Part shown: positions 8,427 to 17,904 of the stretch, piece after piece
How the letters are laid out: the number at the start of each line of letters is the position of its first letter
How positions within the stretch are numbered: the first letter of the stretch is position 1
DNA from: an uncultured Actinomycetes bacterium
GTDB lineage: Bacteria > Actinomycetota > UBA4738 > HRBIN12
Reading direction: 5' to 3'
NCBI GenBank assembly: GCA_963719165.1
Contig: CAVRAV010000001.1
Location: forward strand, 2,065,954 to 2,129,953
Length of the DNA: 64,000 nt
Position numbers and translations under genes: made by a program
The notes under the pieces: generated by a model
Seen by the model: only the letters and a program-made list of their open reading frames with translations
Databases searched by the model: none
Told to the model about the DNA's origin: nothing

Positions 8427-9203
8427 ATGCGCCGCACGCTCATCATCCCCGTTGCGATCGCCTCCGTCGTTCTCGCCGCGTGCTCCCACGCCTCGGCGGG
8501 GGCGAACGGCGAACGCGACCTGACGGTGTTCGCGGCGTCCTCGCTCACGGCAGCCTTCAGCCAGATCGGCAAGGAGTTCCAGGACGCGAACCCCGGCACG
8601 ACGGTGACGTTCAACTTCGGACCCAGCGACGGCCTGGCGAGCCAGATCGAGACCGAGGGCGCTGCCGATGTGTTCGCCTCGGCGAGCCCGAGATGGATGG
8701 ACGAGGTGGCCTCGGCGCCGGGGGTCTCCGACCGCACTGATCTCGCTCGTAACCAGCTGGTCATCATCACCCCGCCCGACGATCCGGCGAACATCGCCTC
8801 GGTTGCCGACCTCGCGAACGACGGCGTCGCGTTGGTCCTCGCCGCCCCGGGCGTCCCCGTCGGCGACTACGCGCGCGAGGCCCTCAGCAACGCCGGGATC
8901 GAGAAGCCGGCTGAGGCGAACGTGGTGTCCAACGAGGAGGACGATGCCTCCGTGGTGGCCAAGATCGCGAGTGGCGAGGCGGACGCGGGGGTCGTCTACG
9001 CGTCCGACCTCACGCAGGCGGTGGCGCCCACGGTGCGCTCGGTCGCGATCCCGAGCGACGTGAACGTGATCGCGACCTACCCGATCGCGGTCGTTCACGG
9101 CAGCGCCGACACGTCGCTCGCGCGGGCGTTCGTGCGGTACGTGACCCAGGGTCCGGGGCAGGCCACCCTCCGCACGTTCGGGTTCCTGCCGCCCCGCTCG
9201 TGA
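8427..9203 (+). CDS. modA: Molybdate ABC transporter substrate-binding lipoprotein
   Basis: Lipobox (VLAAC) followed by LTVFAASSLTAAFSQIGKEF...FNFGPSDGLASQI, typical of ModA. Confidence 0.9.
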   Translation: MRRTLIIPVAIASVVLAACSHASAGANGERDLTVFAASSLTAAFSQIGKEFQDANPGTTVTFNFGPSDGLASQIETEGAADVFASASPRWMDEVASAPGVSDRTDLARNQLVIITPPDDPANIASVADLANDGVALVLAAPGVPVGDYAREALSNAGIEKPAEANVVSNEEDDASVVAKIASGEADAGVVYASDLTQAVAPTVRSVAIPSDVNVIATYPIAVVHGSADTSLARAFVRYVTQGPGQATLRTFGFLPPRS

Positions 9204-9991
9204 GGACAACGGCGCGACATCGTCTGCACCCGGCCGTCGTGGCGCTCGCCGGGCTGGGGACGGCGTTGGTGGCGCTCCCCGTGCTCGCGCTGCTGATCCG
9301 AGCGCCGTGGGCACACGCGATGGCGGCCCTGACGGGCCAGGGCGCCTGGACGGCGCTGCGCTTGTCGCTGGAGGTCTCGCTCGCCGCCACGGCCCTCGCG
9401 GTGCTGCTCGGATCCCCGATCGCGTGGGTGCTCGCGCGGGGTCGGTTCCGCGGTCAGAACGTACTCCGCGCCGTGGTGATCCTGCCGATCGTCCTTCCCC
9501 CCGTCGTGGGGGGGATCGCGCTGCTCGCCTCCCTCGGGCGCGAGGGCGTCGTGGGCGGCTGGCTCCACGACACCCTCGGCATCCAGCTCCCCTTCACCAC
9601 CGCGGGCGCGGTGGTGGCCGCGACCTTCGTATCGATCCCGCTGTTCGTGATCGCGGCGGAGTCCGGGCTGCGCTCGCTCGACCCTCGTCTCGAAGACGCG
9701 GCGTCTGCGGCCGGCGCGTCACGCCGCTACGTCTTCCGCCGCATCACCCTGCCCATGGTGGCGCCACAGCTCCTCGCCGGGGCGGTGCTCGCGTGGGCGC
9801 GTGCGCTCGGCGAGTTCGGCGCGACGATCACGTTCGCGGGGAACCTCGCGGGACGCACCCAGACGTTGCCGCTCGCCGTCTACCAGGCGCGGCAGACGGA
9901 TCCCGGCGCGGCCGTCTTGATCTCCCTCCTGCTGGTCGCCCTGTCCCTGATCGTCCTGGTCCTGTTGCGGGACCGGTTGTGGACCCGATGA
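9200..9991 (+). CDS. modB: Molybdate ABC transporter permease
   Basis: Multi-TM protein with an EAA-loop-like segment (EDAASAAGASRRYVFRRITLPMVAP). There are 4-nt overlaps with both modA and modC. Confidence 0.9.
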   Translation: MRTTARHRLHPAVVALAGLGTALVALPVLALLIRAPWAHAMAALTGQGAWTALRLSLEVSLAATALAVLLGSPIAWVLARGRFRGQNVLRAVVILPIVLPPVVGGIALLASLGREGVVGGWLHDTLGIQLPFTTAGAVVAATFVSIPLFVIAAESGLRSLDPRLEDAASAAGASRRYVFRRITLPMVAPQLLAGAVLAWARALGEFGATITFAGNLAGRTQTLPLAVYQARQTDPGAAVLISLLLVALSLIVLVLLRDRLWTR

Positions 9992-11061
9992 CCCTGCACG
10001 CCGAGGTCCTCATCGAACGGGAAGGGTTCACCCTCGACGCCGCGCTCGACGCGGAGGCCGGGAACACGGTCGCCTTGCTCGGTCCAAACGGGTCCGGCAA
10101 GTCCACGTTCGTGCGAGCGCTCGCGGGTCTCGAGGCCACCGCCGCGGCCCTGATCGTGCTGGACGGCGCGGACCTGTCGGCGCTCCCCCCGCAGCGCCGA
10201 CCCATCGGCGTCGTGTTCCAGGACCTGCGGTTGTTCCCCCGCCTGTCCGCCGTGGAGAACGCTGCCTTTCCCCTGCGGGCCGGCGGCCACTCCAGGGCGG
10301 GGGCCCGGACGCGAGCACGGGAGCTCTTGACGACCCTCGGTGTGCCGACCGGCCGCATGGACGCGCGCCCCGCCGACCTCTCGGGCGGTGAGGCCCAGCG
10401 CGTCGCGCTCGCACGATCGTTGATCGCCGAACCCGCCCTGCTGCTCCTGGACGAGCCGACGTCATCCCTGGACGTCCGCGCGCGGGCAGATCTCCGACCG
10501 CTCATCCGCTCCACCCTGGCCGCCTTCCCCGGCGTGCGCGTCCTCGTGACCCACGACCCCGTGGAGGCGATGACGCTGGCCGACCGACTGGTCATCCTTG
10601 AGGAAGGACGCACCACCCAGGTCGGCACGCCCGCGGAGATCCGACAGGCGCCCCGCTCGTCCTACGTCGCCGACCTCGTCGGCCTGAACCTCTATGAGGG
10701 TCGGCTCGAGCCGCTGGATGAGGGGGCGGGGTCGCTCGAGACCGGCGAGGGCACCCTGGTCGTGGCCTGGCCCGCCGGCGAACCCCGCACCCGCCTCGAC
10801 GGGGTGAGCGCGACGCTTCGACCCGCCGACGTCGTGCTGCACACGACGCGACCGGAGGGAGGCTCGGCGCGCAACCTCCTGCACGGACCGATCGCCGCCC
10901 TGTCGATCGAGGGCGAACGAGCGCGCGTGCGCATCGCGTCCGCGCCGCCCGTGGTGGCGGAGATCACCCTCGGCTCCGTCGCACGCCTCGGATTGCACGA
11001 GGGCGCCTTGGTCTGGGCGTCTTGCAAGGCCGTCGAGCTGACCCTGCGACTGCGCGCTTAA
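9988..11061 (+). CDS. modC: Molybdate ABC transporter ATP-binding protein with C-terminal TOBE domain
   Basis: From ATG 9988. Walker A (GPNGSGKST), the signature LSGGEAQRVALAR, and Walker B (LLLLDEP). Confidence 0.9.
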   Translation: MTLHAEVLIEREGFTLDAALDAEAGNTVALLGPNGSGKSTFVRALAGLEATAAALIVLDGADLSALPPQRRPIGVVFQDLRLFPRLSAVENAAFPLRAGGHSRAGARTRARELLTTLGVPTGRMDARPADLSGGEAQRVALARSLIAEPALLLLDEPTSSLDVRARADLRPLIRSTLAAFPGVRVLVTHDPVEAMTLADRLVILEEGRTTQVGTPAEIRQAPRSSYVADLVGLNLYEGRLEPLDEGAGSLETGEGTLVVAWPAGEPRTRLDGVSATLRPADVVLHTTRPEGGSARNLLHGPIAALSIEGERARVRIASAPPVVAEITLGSVARLGLHEGALVWASCKAVELTLRLRA

Positions 11062-11079
11062 GGGCGCGCATAGACGGAA

Positions 11080-11760
11080 ATGCCCGGGTACTCTTGGCGG
11101 GTGAAGACGACGTCCGGGCCGGAGTCGCTCGCGGCTCCCGAGCCCGCGAGCGCGCCCCCCAAGAAGAAGCGGAACCCCGTCCTCCAGTTCATGGGGGAAC
11201 TGCCGGGCCTGATCCTGATGGCCTTCATCCTTGCCCTGCTGATCAAGACGTTCCTCGTACAAGCCTTCTTCATCCCGTCGGGCTCCATGGAGCCGACCCT
11301 GCTGCCGGGCGACCGGGTCCTCGTTACGAAGGTTCCCTACTACTTCCACGACCCACGGCGCGGCGACATCATCGTGTTCGAGGACCCCGACCCCAAGCAA
11401 CAGCCTGACCGAGGTGTCGTCGGAGGGTTCTTCCACTGGATGTTCCAAGGGCTCGGCGTGCAGAAGCCCGAGAACGAGGACTTCATCAAGCGCGTCATCG
11501 GACTGCCTGGGGATGTGGTGTCGGCCAAGAACGGCCAGGTCTACGTCAACGATCAACCGCTCGATGAGCCGTATCTCACCGTGAAGACCGCCGATTTCGG
11601 ACCGACGACGGTGCCCGCCGGATCCCTGTTCGTGATGGGAGATAACCGCGGGAACTCGCTGGACTCACGATTCGGCCTGGGGTTCATCCCGATCGACAAG
11701 GTCATCGGGAAGGCCGAGGTCATCATCTGGCCTCCATCACGGATGGGTTTGCTTCACTAG
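11080..11760 (+). CDS. lepB: Signal peptidase I
   Basis: The motifs SGSMEPTLLPGDRVLV, IKRVIGLPGD and GDNRGNSLDSR. Confidence 0.9.
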   Translation: MPGYSWRVKTTSGPESLAAPEPASAPPKKKRNPVLQFMGELPGLILMAFILALLIKTFLVQAFFIPSGSMEPTLLPGDRVLVTKVPYYFHDPRRGDIIVFEDPDPKQQPDRGVVGGFFHWMFQGLGVQKPENEDFIKRVIGLPGDVVSAKNGQVYVNDQPLDEPYLTVKTADFGPTTVPAGSLFVMGDNRGNSLDSRFGLGFIPIDKVIGKAEVIIWPPSRMGLLH

Positions 11761-11777
11761 TCCTGCGTCGGACTAGT
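11756..11777. terminator. Bidirectional hairpin containing both convergent stop codons
   Basis: ACTAGTCC (11756-11763) pairs with GGACTAGT (11770-11777) around a 6-nt loop. The lepB TAG and the ATPase stop both lie in the arms. Confidence 0.35.
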
Positions 11778-14160
11778 CGAGGGCCTGCGGACCCACGGGG
11801 CGATCCGCCGGAACGAACAAGCGAGAGAAGGACCACACGAGCGACGCGATGCCGAAGGCCGCCAACCACACGATCGTGGGAGGGACCTCGAGCGCGAAGA
11901 ACGTCCGTGTGGCCGGCAGGTTCAAGACCAGCAGGAACAAGCCTGCCATGGACCAGACGAGGATCAGGCGATAGCGGGTGAGCGGCGCGGCCAGGATGGA
12001 GAGCACCAGCAACCCGATCCACGTGAGGACGATCACGGCCGTGGTCTGCGCCTCGAGCAGCGAAACGCCCGGCTCCCGCTTGGCGAGCTCATACGCGACG
12101 AACGTCGCGATGGCGGCGAGCGTCCCGGTGGGGATGGCAAAGCGCAGCACCCGCCTCACGAACCCCGATCGGAATCGGTCCTTGTTCGGCGCAAGCGCCA
12201 GGAAGAACGAGGGGATGCCGATGGTGATGGCCCCCACGAGCGTGAGGTGACGGGGCAGGAACGGGAACGGGACCTTCGCCACGCCGACCGCGAGCGAGAT
12301 GAGCATGGCGTAGACGGTCTTGTTCAGGTAGAGCCCCGAGGTTCGCTCGATGTTGCCCAGCACACGCCGGCCCTCGTCGACCACCGGCGGCAGTGCGTCG
12401 AAGTTCGAGTCGAGGAGCACGAGCTGCGCCACGGCGCGCGTGGCATCGCTCCCCGAGCCCATCGCGACGCCGACGTCGGCGTCCTTGAGTGCCAGCGCGT
12501 CGTTCACGCCGTCGCCCGTCATCGCCACGGTGTGCCCCTCGGCCTGGAGGGCCCGGACCATCGAGCGCTTCTGTTGCGGCGAGACGCGCCCGAACACCGC
12601 GTGCTCCTCCATGGCCGCGCCGAGCTTCGCTGGATCGTCGTCGAGCGTGCGCGCGTCCACGGGCTCCTCGGCCCCCGCCAGCCCGAGCCGGCGGGCGATC
12701 GCGCCCACGGTTCGCGGGTCGTCGCCGGAGATCACCTTGACGCGCACGTCCTGTTCCGCGAAATACGACAACGTCTCCTCCGCGTCCGCGCGAGGACGAT
12801 CGCCGAGCACCACGACGGCCACGGGCGCGAGGTCGCCGGGAAGCACGCTGTCGGCGTCCGCGGCCGTATCCAACGCCGGGGCGGATGCGAGCAGCACGAC
12901 GCGGTTCCCGGCCTCGGACTCGCGTTCGATCGTCTCGGTGAGGTCGGGTCGGCCGTTGGAGGAGGACGATCGGCCGCTCAGCAATACGTCGGGCGCACCG
13001 AGGACCCATGCCCCCTTCCCCTCGAACGCCGCCGCGCTCCATTTCCGGGCGCTGGAGAACGGCACGGAGCCGGTCTCCCGCCACCCGGACGGGGCATCGG
13101 GGAAACGGGCCGCGATCGCGCGCATCGTGGCGTTCGGCGCCGCATCGCTCGCCGCGAGGGCCGCCAGCACATGATCCACCGACGCCCCGTCCGTCCCCTC
13201 CGCCGACGCCCCGTTCACCCCTTCCACCCGTTGCACGGTGAGCGCCCCTTCCGTGAGCGTGCCGGTCTTGTCGATGCACAGCACGTCGATGCGCGCCAGG
13301 CCCTCCACCGCAGGCAGCTCCTGCACGAGCACCTGTCGTCGAGCGAGACGGACCGCGGCCACCGCGAACGCCAGCGACGTGAGCAGCACGAGGCCCTCCG
13401 GCACCATCGCGACCGTGCCCGCGACAGCTCCCGACACCGCGCGTCGCCAGGAGTCGTGAGAGCGGAGCTGGCTGACGAACAGCAGCGCGGCGGTGGGCAC
13501 GATCGCATAGGTGACGTAGGTGAGGATCTGGTTGATTCCGTCGATGAGCTCCGAGCGCGTGCGGGTGAACCGGCGCGCGTCCGCCGCAAGTTTGACGGCG
13601 TACGCCTCGGGGCCTACCCGCGTTGCGCGGTAGCGGCCGATGCCCGCGGCCACGAAGGATCCCGAGAGCACCTCGTCGCCCATGTGCTTGACGACGGGGT
13701 CCGCCTCGCCGCTCAGCAGGGACTCGTCGATCTCGAGGCCCTGGGCGTCCACGACCTCGCCGTCCACGACGACCTGCGAGCCCGCGACCAGGGCGAGCAC
13801 GTCGTCCTGCACCACCTGATCGACCGCCAGCTCGCGCACCTCCCCGTCGCGCACGACGCGAGCTTTCGGCGCGGTGAGCAGGGTGAGGCGGTCGAGCGTG
13901 CGCTTCGCGCGCAGCTCCTGCACGATGCCGATGGCGGCGTTGGCCACCAGCACGAAGCCGAACAGCGCGTCCTGGATGGGACCGACGACGAGGATGATGG
14001 CGAGCATGGCGCCCAAGATCGCGTTGAATCGCGTGAAGATGTTCGCGCGCACGATCTGCGCCAGCGTGCGTGTTCGCGCGGTGGGCACGTCGTTGGTGCG
14101 CCCGGCCCGGACCCGCTCTTGGGCCTGCGCCGACGTCAGGCCTCGGGAGGCATCGCTCAT
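11773..14160 (-). CDS. Cation-translocating P-type ATPase (HAD-IC family, CtpE-like)
   Basis: 795 aa. Phosphorylation site DKTGTLTEG, TM4 motif VPEGLVLLTS, and hinge motif MTGDGVNDALALKDADVGVAMGSGSD. Confidence 0.9.
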   Translation of the reverse strand: MSDASRGLTSAQAQERVRAGRTNDVPTARTRTLAQIVRANIFTRFNAILGAMLAIILVVGPIQDALFGFVLVANAAIGIVQELRAKRTLDRLTLLTAPKARVVRDGEVRELAVDQVVQDDVLALVAGSQVVVDGEVVDAQGLEIDESLLSGEADPVVKHMGDEVLSGSFVAAGIGRYRATRVGPEAYAVKLAADARRFTRTRSELIDGINQILTYVTYAIVPTAALLFVSQLRSHDSWRRAVSGAVAGTVAMVPEGLVLLTSLAFAVAAVRLARRQVLVQELPAVEGLARIDVLCIDKTGTLTEGALTVQRVEGVNGASAEGTDGASVDHVLAALAASDAAPNATMRAIAARFPDAPSGWRETGSVPFSSARKWSAAAFEGKGAWVLGAPDVLLSGRSSSSNGRPDLTETIERESEAGNRVVLLASAPALDTAADADSVLPGDLAPVAVVVLGDRPRADAEETLSYFAEQDVRVKVISGDDPRTVGAIARRLGLAGAEEPVDARTLDDDPAKLGAAMEEHAVFGRVSPQQKRSMVRALQAEGHTVAMTGDGVNDALALKDADVGVAMGSGSDATRAVAQLVLLDSNFDALPPVVDEGRRVLGNIERTSGLYLNKTVYAMLISLAVGVAKVPFPFLPRHLTLVGAITIGIPSFFLALAPNKDRFRSGFVRRVLRFAIPTGTLAAIATFVAYELAKREPGVSLLEAQTTAVIVLTWIGLLVLSILAAPLTRYRLILVWSMAGLFLLVLNLPATRTFFALEVPPTIVWLAAFGIASLVWSFSRLFVPADRPVGPQALD

Positions 14161-15557
14161 CCGCCCAGGCCTCGCTCGTTCGCCCAGGCATCCAGGAGCG
14201 AGAGCGCTTCCGCTTCGTCGATCACGCCTCGCTCCATGCGCACCTCCATGAGGAAGGCGAGGGCCTCGCCGACCTGCGGCCCCGGAGCCAGTCCGAGTCG
14301 CTCCATCACCTGTTTGCCGTCGAGCGAGGGGCGCATGGCGTCGAGGTTCTCCTGCTCCGCCAGGAGGGCGATGCGCTCCTCGAGGTCGTCTTGCAGCTCG
14401 GCGAACCGCTTCGCCCTGCGCACGTTCCGCGTGGTGCAGTCGGCGCGCGTGAGCTGGTTCAGCTGATCGATCAACGGGCCCGCGTCGCGCACGTACCGGC
14501 GCACGGCGCTATCACTCCACCCATCGCCGTACCCATGGAAACGCAGGTGGAGCTCGACCAGCTTGGCCACGTCATCGATCACGGCGTTGGGATAGCGGAG
14601 CTCCCGCAGCCGCGCCTGCGCCATGCGCGCCCCCACGACCTCGTGGTGATGGAACTGCACGCCCTCGGGCGTGATCGCCCGGGTGGTGGGCTTTCCGATG
14701 TCGTGTAGCAAGGCCGCAAGCCGCAGCGTGGGGATCGGCTCACAGTTCTCCACCACGGCGTACGTGTGCCGCAGGACGTCCTTGTGCCGATGCACGGGGT
14801 CCTGTTCGAGCTGCAGCGCCGACAGCTCGGGGAGGAACTCGTCGCACAGACCCGTGTCCACGAGCAGCTGGAGGCCCTTGCCCGGCCAGGGCGCCATCAC
14901 GAGCTTCAGGAGCTCGTCCGCGATCCGCTCGGCGCTGATGATCCGCAGGCGCTCGCGCATCCGCCCGATCGCTTCGACGACGCGCGGGGCGGGCGTCACG
15001 TCGAGCTGGGCGACGAACCGCGCCGCGCGCAGCATCCGCAGCGGGTCGTCGCCGAAGGAGAGCTCGGGTTCGCGCGGCGTGTCGAGCGTCTTGGCCGCGA
15101 GGTGTCGGACGCCGCCGAAAGGGTCCACGAAAGCGCCGCCGGGCAGCCGCACCGCCATCGCGTTGATCGTGAAGTCTCGCCGCGCCAGATCCGTCTCGAT
15201 GTCCCGGGCGAACGTGACGGCGGGCCTACGGTGCTCCTCGGTGTAGACGTCCTCGCGGAAGGTGGTGATCTCGAGCTTGCGGTCGCCCTTCAGCGCCCCC
15301 ACCGTGCCGTACCGCACGCCCACCAGGTACAGCCGATCCGCCCAGCCACGGAGGATGCGCGTGCTCTCGTGCGGCGCGGCATCGGTGCAGAAGTCGAGGT
15401 CCGAGAGGGCGTGCTCGCGGCCGAGGACGAGGTCGCGGACGGACCCACCCACCAGGTACAGCTGGTGGGCGGCCGCGTCGAACCGCTCGCCGACGGCCTC
15501 CGCGAGGGGTTCGACCTCGATGACGGCGCCCGTGGCAGGCCGCGTCGGCTCGGTCAC
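14157..15557 (-). CDS. cca: CCA tRNA nucleotidyltransferase / poly(A) polymerase family with HD domain
   Basis: LYLVGGSVRDLVLG, DLDF and RRDFTINAMA motifs, plus an HD region (LHDIGKP). It occupies the Rv3907c-equivalent position. Confidence 0.9.
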   Translation of the reverse strand: MTEPTRPATGAVIEVEPLAEAVGERFDAAAHQLYLVGGSVRDLVLGREHALSDLDFCTDAAPHESTRILRGWADRLYLVGVRYGTVGALKGDRKLEITTFREDVYTEEHRRPAVTFARDIETDLARRDFTINAMAVRLPGGAFVDPFGGVRHLAAKTLDTPREPELSFGDDPLRMLRAARFVAQLDVTPAPRVVEAIGRMRERLRIISAERIADELLKLVMAPWPGKGLQLLVDTGLCDEFLPELSALQLEQDPVHRHKDVLRHTYAVVENCEPIPTLRLAALLHDIGKPTTRAITPEGVQFHHHEVVGARMAQARLRELRYPNAVIDDVAKLVELHLRFHGYGDGWSDSAVRRYVRDAGPLIDQLNQLTRADCTTRNVRRAKRFAELQDDLEERIALLAEQENLDAMRPSLDGKQVMERLGLAPGPQVGEALAFLMEVRMERGVIDEAEALSLLDAWANERGLGG

Positions 15558-15616
15558 CGCACGAGGATACCCCGGCTGTTCGCGCCGGCCGGCGGAGCGA
15601 GGCAGCGCTCGCGCCT

Positions 15617-16666
15617 ATGCTCGGCGCCGTGAGGTTGGGACGCTCGATCGTGGTGCTGGCGGTGACGGCGGCGTCGGTCATCGGCCCCGCGTGGGCGGCC
15701 TCGGCCACGATCGTCATCGTGGCCGTGGACCGAAGCACCGGTGAGGTGGGCGCGGTCGGCTCGTCCTGCGCAGCCGTCGACCTCGCCGGCGTGGCCGTGC
15801 TGGTGCCCGGCGAGGGTGCCGCCGCCGTGCTCGGAGCGCGGGGTGATGCGCCCGCCGAGGAGATGCTCGAGAGCCTCCACGGGGCCGACGCGGGCGCGGT
15901 GCTGCGCGAAGCGAAGCGCCTCGACCCCGACGGGACCTTGCGGTTCGCCGTGGCGGTGTTGCCCGGACGGGCCGCGGTGGGCGGCAGGGGTACTGCGGCA
16001 CCCGTCGCGGGAGCGGGGGCCGCGACAAGCGCCGCCGCGCAGGGAGAGTGGCTGCGCAACGAGTCTGAGGTGCGCCGGGCGCTCGACGCGTTCGAAGCGG
16101 CCCGAGGCCCGCTCGCCCAGCGGCTCCTGGACGCGTTGGATGCCGGGAACCGCGGGGGCGGTGACCGCCGTTGCGGGCGACAGCGCGCGTCGAGCGCGTT
16201 CCTCATCGTGACGGATCGGCTCGGGTCCGTCGTGGTCCCCGCGCGAGGATCCGCGGGCGTCCATCGCCGTCAGCGACACATCCTCAGCACGCTCGGAGGG
16301 CAGATCGCCTCGGACGAGATCACGGATCGATTGCTGGAGGCGGCGGCGCTCCCTCGCCCCACGGGACCGGGCGCACCGTCGGTCTACCTCTCGCTCCTAC
16401 AGCCCCGCAGGGGCTTCGACGCCGTCTCGCTCCTGCGTCAGGCCTATGAGGAGACCGCGGCCTCCGCGACCCCGACGCCCGATGCCTCCTCAGAGCCCGC
16501 CGCTTCCTCGGCCGCCGTCAGGGCGGGAGCCGCGACCTCCTCGGCAGGGAGCCCGGGGGCGCCAGGCGCTTTGACCGCCGTGCTCGCGATCGCGGCGGCC
16601 GTCGTCGTGCTCGTCCTCGTGCTGGCCCGGCGGTCTCGTCGGGCCAGCGACCGCACGCACGACTGA
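15617..16666 (+). CDS. Secreted, membrane-anchored DUF1028-like (Ntn-hydrolase fold) protein
   Basis: A signal peptide is followed by ATIVIVAVDRSTGEVGAVGSSC, and later by GGGDRRCGRQRASSAFLIV, which resemble the DUF1028 N-terminal Thr and GGDxRG motifs. The C-terminal linker is Ala/Ser/Pro-rich and ends in a TM helix. Confidence 0.55.
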   Translation: MLGAVRLGRSIVVLAVTAASVIGPAWAASATIVIVAVDRSTGEVGAVGSSCAAVDLAGVAVLVPGEGAAAVLGARGDAPAEEMLESLHGADAGAVLREAKRLDPDGTLRFAVAVLPGRAAVGGRGTAAPVAGAGAATSAAAQGEWLRNESEVRRALDAFEAARGPLAQRLLDALDAGNRGGGDRRCGRQRASSAFLIVTDRLGSVVVPARGSAGVHRRQRHILSTLGGQIASDEITDRLLEAAALPRPTGPGAPSVYLSLLQPRRGFDAVSLLRQAYEETAASATPTPDASSEPAASSAAVRAGAATSSAGSPGAPGALTAVLAIAAAVVVLVLVLARRSRRASDRTHD

Positions 16667-16691
16667 GTTAGGCAACGCGGCCACGAGCCGG

Positions 16692-17801
16692 CTAGAACGG
16701 GAGGCTGGACTCCTCGTCGGGCACGGCGCTCAGGCGGTCGAGCACGCCGCGGAGCTGCAGGTCGAAGTCGTGGGGGCTCGTGGACGTGCGGCGGGCGTCA
16801 TCCTCGCTCACGAGCCCGTCCCGCACCAACTGGACGAGCCCCTGGTCGAACGTCTGCATGCCGTAGAACGAGCCCTCGGAGATCACGTCCACGATTTCGT
16901 CGGTGGCGTCGGCGTCCACGATCCGGTCGAACACGCGCCCGGTGTTGATCAGTACCTCGCACGCCGGCACGCGGCCCTTCCCGTCGGCCCGGGGAACGAG
17001 TCGTTGGGACACGATGCCGCGCAACGCTCCCGCGAACGAGGATCGGATCTCCTTCTGCTGCTGCGGCGGGAAGAGGTCGAGCATGCGGTTGATCGTCTCC
17101 ATGCAGTCGATCGTATGCAGCGTCGAGATCACGAGGTGACCGGTCTCGGCGGCCTGGATGGCCGAGAGGGCCGAGTCTGGGTCACGGATCTCGCCCACGA
17201 AGATCACGTCCGGGTCCTGGCGAACCACGTGGCGAAGCGCGTTGGCGTAGCTGCCGGTGTCGAGGCCGATCTCGCGCTGCTGGATGATGGACAGCGCGTC
17301 CTCGTGCACGACCTCGATGGGATCTTCGATGGTCACGATGTGTGCGCGCCGGGACACGTTGATGTGGCCGATCATCGACGCGATGGTCGTGGTCTTCCCG
17401 GTGCCGGTGGGTCCCGTGATGAGCACCAAGCCTCGGGGCGAGTCCGCGAGCGTCGTCATGACGGGGGGCAGGCGCAGCTCCTCGAACGTCGGGACCTCGC
17501 TGCGGACGCGCCGGATCGCGAGGCCCACGACGCCGCGCTGGCGGAACACGTTCACGCGGAATCGCCCGACGCCGGCCATCGTGTGCCCGAGGTCGGCCTC
17601 GGAGGTATCCGCGAACTCCTTCTTCTTGTGTTCGGACATCAGGGTCATGCCGAACGCCTCGGTATCGGACGCGGTGAGCGTCTCGAACCGGGTCGGTTCC
17701 AGCCCGCCGTCGACACGGATGAACGGCACGTTCCCGACCTTGAGATGCAGGTCGCTCGCGCCCCGTTCCACCGTGTAGCGAAGCAGTTCGTTGATGTCCA
17801 T
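16692..17801 (-). CDS. pilT: PilT-type (type IV pilus retraction) hexameric ATPase
   Basis: From ATG 17801 (MDINELLRYTVERGASDLHLKVG). Walker A GPTGTGKTTT, Asp/His boxes (IVTIEDPIE, DPDVIFVGEIRD, TGHLVISTLHT), and a PilT-like end (LINTGRVFDRI). Confidence 0.85.
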   Translation of the reverse strand: MDINELLRYTVERGASDLHLKVGNVPFIRVDGGLEPTRFETLTASDTEAFGMTLMSEHKKKEFADTSEADLGHTMAGVGRFRVNVFRQRGVVGLAIRRVRSEVPTFEELRLPPVMTTLADSPRGLVLITGPTGTGKTTTIASMIGHINVSRRAHIVTIEDPIEVVHEDALSIIQQREIGLDTGSYANALRHVVRQDPDVIFVGEIRDPDSALSAIQAAETGHLVISTLHTIDCMETINRMLDLFPPQQQKEIRSSFAGALRGIVSQRLVPRADGKGRVPACEVLINTGRVFDRIVDADATDEIVDVISEGSFYGMQTFDQGLVQLVRDGLVSEDDARRTSTSPHDFDLQLRGVLDRLSAVPDEESSLPF

Positions 17802-17904
17802 GCTGGTTCGGGATCTCCTCGCGCACGCGCGGGCGGCGGGCGCTCCAGTCGTTGCATCGGCCGGCTTCCGGGTCCACCTGAGTCCGGGACCTAGAATCCC
17901 ATCG

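Noticed and set aside
12089-14466. 700-aa (minus) and 739-aa (plus) ORFs overlapping the P-type ATPase and cca.
   Set aside because: These are alternative or antisense frames of genes with unambiguous DKTGT/GDGVND and CCA-enzyme motifs. Their composition is Arg/Gly/His-rich with no domain signatures.
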